In this document: positions 1-4,914 of the stretch, piece by piece
Layout of the letters: each line of letters opens with the position of its first letter
Numbering within the stretch: the first letter of the stretch is position 1
Origin: PVC group bacterium
GTDB lineage: Bacteria; GCA-001730085; JADFSZ01
DNA length: 9,454 nucleotides
NCBI GenBank assembly: GCA_022560555.1
Contig: JADFSZ010000054.1
Span: 1 to 9,454, forward strand
Direction: 5' to 3'
The notes under the pieces: model-generated
Database searches by the model: none
Told to the model about the DNA's origin: nothing
Seen by the model: only the letters and a program-made list of their open reading frames with translations
Position numbers and translations under genes: made by a program

Positions 1-131
1 TTTTTTCTCTTAAAATATTTTATAGGCTGAGTATTCATAGTGATCCTAGGTTTTATTGTAGCTCAGAACAAGGTTGAAAGTGCCCATGATTTTACGATTA
101 AATCCACGATTGAGCACGTACGGGCGTAAAT

Positions 132-147
132 TGTTTCACGTGAAACA
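132..147. promoter_or_regulatory. parS: parS site 1 (ParB-binding centromere palindrome)
   Basis: Perfect match to the chromosomal parS consensus TGTTNCACGTGAAACA. The palindrome is limited to the 16-bp core (flanks t/t). Confidence 0.9.
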
Positions 148-334
148 TCCTTAGCCGGAACTACGGGGCTCATTTACGCTAGTTTTCCTCTTCACGTGTC
201 CAAAATGGAGCTGATAGGACATCACAAGGGCTTAATTTTTTTCATACGGATAAGGGCCTCCGATATATAGATCAGGGCTTACAGTTATTATAATTGTCTT
301 GCTTCATTGAAGAAGTTGTTTTACTGAAAAGATA

Positions 335-350
335 TGTTTCACGTGAAACA
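335..350. promoter_or_regulatory. parS: parS site 2
   Basis: Perfect 16-mer. The palindrome extends to 18 bp (334-351, aTGTTTCACGTGAAACAt). Confidence 0.9.
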
Positions 351-512
351 TTAACAGGTATCTAAGGTCATTTCGTTAGCTTCACTTTCATGCTTCCAAA
401 AGGCAACTGAAATACCAATAGTCCTCCTGAGCTTTATCGTAATCTGCATAAAATTAAAAACATTTCTGGTCTTTGTGATTTAAGCTACGATTAAGCACGT
501 ACAGATGACAAT

Positions 513-528
513 TGTTTCACGTGAAACA
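513..528. promoter_or_regulatory. parS: parS site 3
   Basis: Perfect 16-mer. The palindrome extends to 24 bp (509-532, caatTGTTTCACGTGAAACAattg). Confidence 0.9.
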
Positions 529-673
529 ATTGATATTTCTTATATATGCACCCTTAAATATGGCCGATAGGCCGCTATGGGGTTTATTCTTCTTGTTCTA
601 ACTCAGAAATGGATATTTTTTGTTCCTTGCAGGACGGGATCTCTCTGCGTTATTTGAATTTCATTAAATATGA

Positions 674-689
674 TGTTTCACGTGAAACA
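674..689. promoter_or_regulatory. parS: parS site 4
   Basis: Perfect 16-mer. The palindrome extends to 18 bp (673-690). Confidence 0.9.
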
Positions 690-892
690 TTGCTTCTCCG
701 GCGAATCATGCCCCGTTGATCGCTAAGGTTGCTGAAGGAAGCCTAATAGACAAACATGATATTTTCTTATCATCCGCCTTGAAAATGGTCGTGTTGAAAT
801 TACTAGGTTTAAGATCCCCTGTGCTTGTGAAATCAAAAGCAGGCAACGCTTTTACGTTTTACGAATCACGCTTCACTATTTACGATTTTTAA

Positions 893-908
893 TGTTTCAC
901 GTGAAACA
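893..908. promoter_or_regulatory. parS: parS site 5
   Basis: Perfect 16-mer. The palindrome extends to 20 bp (891-910). Confidence 0.9.
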
Positions 909-1062
909 TTGTAATTGTGATGGCTGATTCACGATTCGGAGAAAACCATCATCGAGGCATCACCTGGACACGATTTCCAAAGTATTTCATACCGGTTGAT
1001 GGAAGCTCAATATCATCTAAGCACAAAAAGAGAGATGATTCATTGAAGATAGTGTACTCTTC

Positions 1063-1104
1063 TTCACTAAAGCAATGTTTCACGTGAAACATTGCTTTAG
1101 TGAA
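1063..1104. repeat. 42-bp perfect palindrome centred on parS site 6
   Basis: TTCACTAAAGCAATGTTTCAC|GTGAAACATTGCTTTAGTGAA was checked base by base (1063 pairs with 1104, and so on; the first mismatch is 1062/1105). The right arm runs into a further exact parS half-site, GTGAAACA, at 1100-1107. Confidence 0.95.
1076..1091. promoter_or_regulatory. parS: parS site 6 (promoter-proximal)
   Basis: Perfect 16-mer at the centre of a 42-bp perfect palindrome. It lies 44 bp upstream of the -35 hexamer of the putative parAB promoter. Confidence 0.9.
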
Positions 1105-1134
1105 ACAAATTTTTTAATGAGAAAATCAAAGGAA

Positions 1135-1162
1135 TTGACACATTTTCTTAATATTGTATAAT
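1135..1162 (+). promoter_or_regulatory. Putative sigma70-type promoter of parAB (TTGACA-16 nt-TATAAT)
   Basis: TTGACA at 1135-1140 and TATAAT at 1157-1162 both match consensus exactly, with a 16-nt spacer. The element lies about 55 nt upstream of the parA ATG. Prediction from sequence only. Confidence 0.55.
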
Positions 1163-1217
1163 ACTCATTAACGGGTGTTTAGCTCCATCAAAACCCATCA
1201 AAAATGGGACCTATCAC

Positions 1218-2108
1218 ATGGGGAAAATTGTTGCCATCGCTAATCAAAAGGGTGGCGTCGGAAAAACGACAACAGCGGTCAATTTAGCTGCTTGCCTATC
1301 GTTTGCCGGCAAAAAAGTTCTTCTTATCGACTTAGATCCACAAAAAAATGCGTGTAGCGGTCTTGGAGTTTACGAGGAAACTTATCAAATAAGCGCTGTT
1401 GACGTTCTGCTCAACGAAACTCCCGTAACGGATGCGATTCTAAAGACCTCTTTTAATAATCTTGACCTTCTTCCGTCTTCTTCAGATCTTGTCGGCGCTG
1501 AAGTGATACTTACCGACCTCCCCATGCGGGAGCAGAGGCTCAAAGCGGCCCTCAATAAAACTGTTCGTGATATGTATGACTTTATTTTCATTGACACCCC
1601 TCCGTCTTTAGGACTCATTACCATCAATGCTTTTGGGGCTTGCCACAGTGTCTTAGTTCCTATTCAATGCGAGTATTACGCGCTTGAGGGTGTTAGTAGC
1701 CTCATGATGACCATTGAAACCGTTCGTGAGAGATTAAATTCCCGTATCGAGCTTGAAGGTATTGTTATGACCATGGCGGATAAAAGGACGAATTTGAATC
1801 AACAGGTCATTGCTGAAGTAAGAGAGCATTTCTCAGAAAAAGTGTATCGAACTCTCATATATCGTAATATTACGCTGGCTGAAGCTCCAAGTTTTGGCAA
1901 ACCGGCCATATTTTATAATATAAGATCAGTAGGATCAAACTGTTATATTAGTCTTACAAAAGAATTTCTTGAAAAAAATTCCCAGGCGCCAAAGAAGGCT
2001 CTATCAAGGGGGCAGATGATTATTGATATTCAGGGTTCTGAGAGATATATTCAAGAATCGCATAGGGATTTCGTTGATTCTTCAATATTCGAAAAATCAA
2101 AAAAATAA
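1218..2108 (+). CDS. parA: Chromosome-partitioning ATPase ParA/Soj with an atypical 42-aa C-terminal extension
   Basis: 296 aa. It has the deviant Walker A NQKGGVGKTTT, DLDPQ, the Walker B-like FIFIDTPPSLG, and VPIQCEYYALEG. The protein is collinear with Soj-type ParA up to ...YISLTKEFLEKN (residue 254). Residues 255-296 are extra. Confidence 0.93.
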   Translation: MGKIVAIANQKGGVGKTTTAVNLAACLSFAGKKVLLIDLDPQKNACSGLGVYEETYQISAVDVLLNETPVTDAILKTSFNNLDLLPSSSDLVGAEVILTDLPMREQRLKAALNKTVRDMYDFIFIDTPPSLGLITINAFGACHSVLVPIQCEYYALEGVSSLMMTIETVRERLNSRIELEGIVMTMADKRTNLNQQVIAEVREHFSEKVYRTLIYRNITLAEAPSFGKPAIFYNIRSVGSNCYISLTKEFLEKNSQAPKKALSRGQMIIDIQGSERYIQESHRDFVDSSIFEKSKK

Positions 2109-2125
2109 CAATTGTGGAGGAAAAT

Positions 2126-3010
2126 ATGTTTAATATTGACTTAAATAATGATAAAGTGGTTCACAAAAAGGCTTTAGGTCGTGGTTTAGATGTATTAATC
2201 CCAGAAAAAGAGAAAAGACGTGGATTTGTTAATATCGAAATCGAGAAAATTATACCCAATGCCCTGCAGCCACGGAAAAATTTTGCCCCGGATGAACTTT
2301 CTAACCTTGCAGCCTCCATCAAAGAAAAGGGTGTTCTCCAACCGATCATTGTTCGCTCAAAGGGGAGCAAATATGAGTTGGTAGTCGGAGAAAGGCGCTA
2401 CCGGGCGGTCAAATCACTTGGATTATCTGTTATTCCTGCCATCATCAAGGAACTTTCGGATCGTGACATGCTCGAAATGGCCTTAATAGAGAATATCCAA
2501 AGAGAGGACCTTGATGCAATCGAAAAAGCTGAAGGATTTCTTAAGCTGATGAATGATTTCGGACTGACACACGATGAACTGGCACGTCATGTCGGACAGA
2601 GCCGAACGAGTGTTACCAACACATTAAGGCTGTTAAAGCTCCCCCATCGGATCAAAAAAGGGATTTCATATAAGAAAATCAATATGAGCCAGGCGCGGAC
2701 ATTGCTTGGACTGAAATCGGAGCATGAACAGATTCAAATGTACGAGCGTATTCTCGAAAACCCGCTCAACGTCAGGGATTTAGAAGAAATGGTGTCTGAT
2801 ATCCAAATCACATTAGATCCAAAATCCGTAACACGAAAAAAGAGGAAAAAAGACCCCCAATTAGGACTTCTCGAAGATGAATTGAGAGAGATTTGGGGAA
2901 CAAAGATCGTTGTGCGCGGCAATAACAAAAAAGGGCGCATTGAAATTCACTACTACTCTCTGGATGATCTGGACCGGATCCTGAAGCAATTAAAACGCCT
3001 CTCCCCATGA
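2126..3010 (+). CDS. parB: Chromosome-partitioning protein ParB/Spo0J (CTP-dependent parS-binding clamp)
   Basis: It has the N-terminal KKALGRGLDVLI motif, IIPNALQPRKNF, the CTP-binding motif GERRYRA, an HTH (LTHDELARHVGQSRTSVTNTLRLLKL), and a C-terminal dimerisation segment (GRIEIHYYSLDDLDRILKQL). I place the start at ATG 2126, 5 nt after GGAGG (2116-2120). The ORF track's in-frame GTG at 2114 overlaps that RBS. Confidence 0.92.
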   Translation: MFNIDLNNDKVVHKKALGRGLDVLIPEKEKRRGFVNIEIEKIIPNALQPRKNFAPDELSNLAASIKEKGVLQPIIVRSKGSKYELVVGERRYRAVKSLGLSVIPAIIKELSDRDMLEMALIENIQREDLDAIEKAEGFLKLMNDFGLTHDELARHVGQSRTSVTNTLRLLKLPHRIKKGISYKKINMSQARTLLGLKSEHEQIQMYERILENPLNVRDLEEMVSDIQITLDPKSVTRKKRKKDPQLGLLEDELREIWGTKIVVRGNNKKGRIEIHYYSLDDLDRILKQLKRLSP

Positions 3011-3133
3011 AGTAATGAAACTTGCTATGAAACCCCTTCCTTTATTATGGCGGCTCCGGAAGCCCCTGAAGAAGAGATTTTTGTAAAATTCTAAAATTCA
3101 AAAAGTTGGCATAAAAAAAGACAGGACGCTGAC

Positions 3134-3163
3134 TTGACGTCTCTCTCCTATCTTATATATAAT
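3134..3163 (+). promoter_or_regulatory. Possible promoter for the acetyltransferase/pilus cluster (TTGACG-18 nt-TATAAT)
   Basis: TTGACG at 3134-3139 and TATAAT at 3158-3163, within the 213-bp parB-downstream intergenic region. The 18-nt spacer is suboptimal. Prediction only. Confidence 0.3.
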
Positions 3164-3223
3164 TAGATGTTTGGACCCATCAAGCATGTTCTGGCATGCC
3201 AACGACAGTAAAGGGGTAATTCC

Positions 3224-3808
3224 ATGAAGGGAAACTTGTATTTTGTTCATCCGACCAGCGTTGTTGACCAAGGAGCTGTCATTGGACGGGACACAAAAAT
3301 TTGGCATTTCTCACACATATCAGCACAAGCGATGATCGGACAAGATTGCAAAATTGGACAAAACGTCTTTATCTCTGATCATGTCAAAATCGGGAACAAT
3401 GTGAAAATTCAAAACAATGTTTCCATCTATACCGGAGTTGTTTTAGAAGATGATGTTTTTTGCGGCCCGTCTATGGTGTTTACGAATATTGTTAACCCGC
3501 GATCAAAATTTCCTAGGAATGATCCTAAATATTACCAAAAGACTCTCGTTAAACAAGGAGCGTCTATCGGAGCGAATGCTACCATTCTTTGCGGAATCAC
3601 TATCGGCAAACATAGTTTTATCGGAGCGGCCTCCGTTGTGACAAAAAGCGTTCCGGATTATGGATTGGTGTACGGGAATCCCGCCATGCTTAAGGGGTGG
3701 GTTTGTGTCTGCGGGAAAAAACTTGAAGGAAAAAATCAAGAATGGATGTGCCCTGATTGTCAAAAAGCTTATGATATCAACGGTCAAAAGGTGACCGCGA
3801 AAATATAA
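3224..3808 (+). CDS. Left-handed beta-helix (hexapeptide-repeat) sugar N-acetyltransferase, WbpD/WlbB-like, with a C-terminal CxC...CxxC cluster
   Basis: 194 aa. Repeated [LIV]-G-x4 hexapeptides (VIGRDTKI, MIGQDCKIGQNVFI, VKIGNNVKIQNNVSI). DDVFCGPSMVFTN and GASIGANATILCGITIGKHSFIGAASVV are typical of nucleotide-sugar amino-group acetyltransferases. RBS AAGGGG lies upstream. Substrate is not determinable from sequence. Confidence 0.75.
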   Translation: MKGNLYFVHPTSVVDQGAVIGRDTKIWHFSHISAQAMIGQDCKIGQNVFISDHVKIGNNVKIQNNVSIYTGVVLEDDVFCGPSMVFTNIVNPRSKFPRNDPKYYQKTLVKQGASIGANATILCGITIGKHSFIGAASVVTKSVPDYGLVYGNPAMLKGWVCVCGKKLEGKNQEWMCPDCQKAYDINGQKVTAKI

Positions 3809-3840
3809 ATGTTCAGCATAACCTAAAGAATGGAGACAAA

Positions 3841-4908
3841 ATGAATATTGCGGAACTGCTGCTTATGGCAAAGGAAAACAATGCTTCTGACCTTCATATT
3901 TCTGTGGGATTACCGCCGATTTTGAGAATTCACGGAATTATGGAGAGGACAGGGTCGTCACCGATGGAAAAAGAAGAAACACACGACCTCTTGTATGACA
4001 TTCTTTCGGATGCCCAAAAGAGTACGCTCGAAGAAAAGATGGATATTGACTTTTCTCTTGAGGTCGAGAATGTCGGACGATTTCGCGTCAATATTTATCG
4101 GGATCGACGGGGGATTGCCGCCGCCTTCAGACTCATTCCTGAAGAAATCCGGTCTGTTCAAGAGCTAGGATTACCTGACGCTCTGACGCACCTGGCCCGG
4201 AGAAGAAAAGGGCTGATTCTTGTGACGGGTCCGACAGGAAGTGGAAAGTCTACGACGCTGGCAACAGTTATTGATCAGATCAATGAAGAAAGAAAAGAGC
4301 ATATCATTACTATTGAAGACCCTATTGAATTTATACATCAGCATAAAAACTGTATGGTCAATCAAAGAGAAATCGGTTTTCACGCGGAGTCTTTTAACCG
4401 GGCCCTTCGGGCGGCTCTCAGAGAAGACCCCGATGTGATTCTGGTCGGGGAAATGCGGGATCTAGAGACGATCGGCATGGCGATCACAGCCGCCGAGACC
4501 GGTCACTTGGTTTTAGCGACACTGCACACAAACAGCTGTGCAGAAACGATTGATCGTATTGTCGATGTGTTTCCGTCTCATCAGCAAAAACAGATTCGAA
4601 CGCAATTGGCCAATAGTATTCAAGGGGTACTCACCCAAACACTCATCCCGACGATTGACGGACGGGGGCGGGTTGTGGCGTGTGAAGTGATGATTGGAAC
4701 TACAGCGATCCGAAGTTTGATTCGTGAAGCCAAGCCCCATCAGATCGCGTCCGTTATCCAAACGAGCACAAAAGAAGGGATGCAGAGTATGGACCAGTGT
4801 CTTAAAAATCTTGTGATGGAGAGAAAAATTGCTTTGTCAGAAGCCATATCGCGCGCGGATCATGTGGATGAGTTTCGAAAGCTTGAAGCAACGTATGGTA
4901 CAAAATAA
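3841..4908 (+). CDS. pilT: Type IV pilus retraction ATPase PilT
   Basis: 355 aa. ASDLHI, Walker A GPTGSGKST, Asp box ITIEDPIEF, Walker B DVILVGEMRD, His box TGHLVLATLHT, AIRSLIRE (AIRNLIRE motif), and EGMQSMDQCL. RBS GGAG at 3831-3834. Confidence 0.9.
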   Translation: MNIAELLLMAKENNASDLHISVGLPPILRIHGIMERTGSSPMEKEETHDLLYDILSDAQKSTLEEKMDIDFSLEVENVGRFRVNIYRDRRGIAAAFRLIPEEIRSVQELGLPDALTHLARRRKGLILVTGPTGSGKSTTLATVIDQINEERKEHIITIEDPIEFIHQHKNCMVNQREIGFHAESFNRALRAALREDPDVILVGEMRDLETIGMAITAAETGHLVLATLHTNSCAETIDRIVDVFPSHQQKQIRTQLANSIQGVLTQTLIPTIDGRGRVVACEVMIGTTAIRSLIREAKPHQIASVIQTSTKEGMQSMDQCLKNLVMERKIALSEAISRADHVDEFRKLEATYGTK

Positions 4909-4914
4909 AGAATT

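Larger units (their letters stand above)
132..1091. repeat. parS: Array of six identical 16-bp parS palindromes (TGTTTCACGTGAAACA) in ORF-free DNA upstream of parAB
   Basis: The exact 16-mer occurs at 132-147, 335-350, 513-528, 674-689, 893-908 and 1076-1091, with start-to-start spacings of 203/178/161/219/183 bp. The supplied ORF track has no ORF on either strand in 1-1217. parA-parB follow immediately downstream. Confidence 0.9.

Noticed and set aside
191-199. TTCACGTGT (and CACGTGA at about 9236) as additional degenerate parS sites
   Set aside because: Only the central CACGTG core matches and the outer arms do not. Short E-box-like palindromes are expected by chance.
21-610. Possible homology between 21-70 and 556-610 (shared ATAGGC, GGTTT(T)ATT and CTCAGAA in the same order, each ending about 64-66 bp before a parS)
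   Set aside because: Only three short words match, with different internal spacing (26/13 versus 14/21 nt). One element precedes an odd site and the other an even site, which conflicts with the better-supported flank pattern. This is not convincing without a statistical alignment.
132-1091. Regularly spaced identical repeats, considered as a CRISPR array
   Set aside because: The repeats are only 16 bp and perfectly palindromic. The spacers are 145-203 bp, far outside CRISPR geometry. No cas genes are nearby. The repeat is an exact parS consensus next to parAB.
1063-1104. Long inverted repeats, considered as MITE or IS termini
   Set aside because: There is no transposase, no target-site duplication, and no paired terminal repeats bounding an element. 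Every palindrome is centred on the parS core.
1063-1115. The 42-bp palindrome plus T6 run, considered as an intrinsic terminator
   Set aside because: The T-run starts 5 nt after the stem rather than abutting it. No upstream gene in the window needs terminating. The stem is fully explained by parS plus symmetric flanks. I kept it only as a possible insulator within a finding.
1-1217. The ORF-free AT-rich leader, considered as oriC
   Set aside because: I found no convincing DnaA boxes. The best candidate is TACGGATAA at 245-253, with two mismatches to TGTGGATAA. There is no dnaA or dnaN in the window and no obvious tandem AT-rich 13-mer DUE. An origin nearby cannot be excluded, but this sequence does not support calling one.
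2114-2125. The GTG at 2114 as the parB start (as in the ORF track)
   Set aside because: The GTG overlaps the GGAGG Shine-Dalgarno sequence (2116-2120), which is ideally spaced for the in-frame ATG at 2126. The ATG start is more plausible, and the difference is only 4 codons.
3011-3100. A Rho-independent terminator downstream of parB
   Set aside because: Only weak stems are available (CTTCC/GGAAG with a 17-nt loop; GGCT/AGCC with a 5-nt loop). None is followed directly by a U-tract. There is not enough evidence to annotate one.
3098-3307. A 69-aa minus-strand ORF spanning the parB-acetyltransferase intergenic region
   Set aside because: It overlaps the acetyltransferase start and the putative promoter. 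It has no recognisable features or RBS and is too short to support on its own.
1385-4761. Other short ORFs in the track (60-94 aa) nested in or antisense to parA, parB, the acetyltransferase and pilT, plus the similar ones inside the HK, receiver, pilB and PilZ genes further downstream
   Set aside because: All overlap well-supported genes in alternative frames and show low-complexity or motif-free translations. I treat them as frame artefacts.
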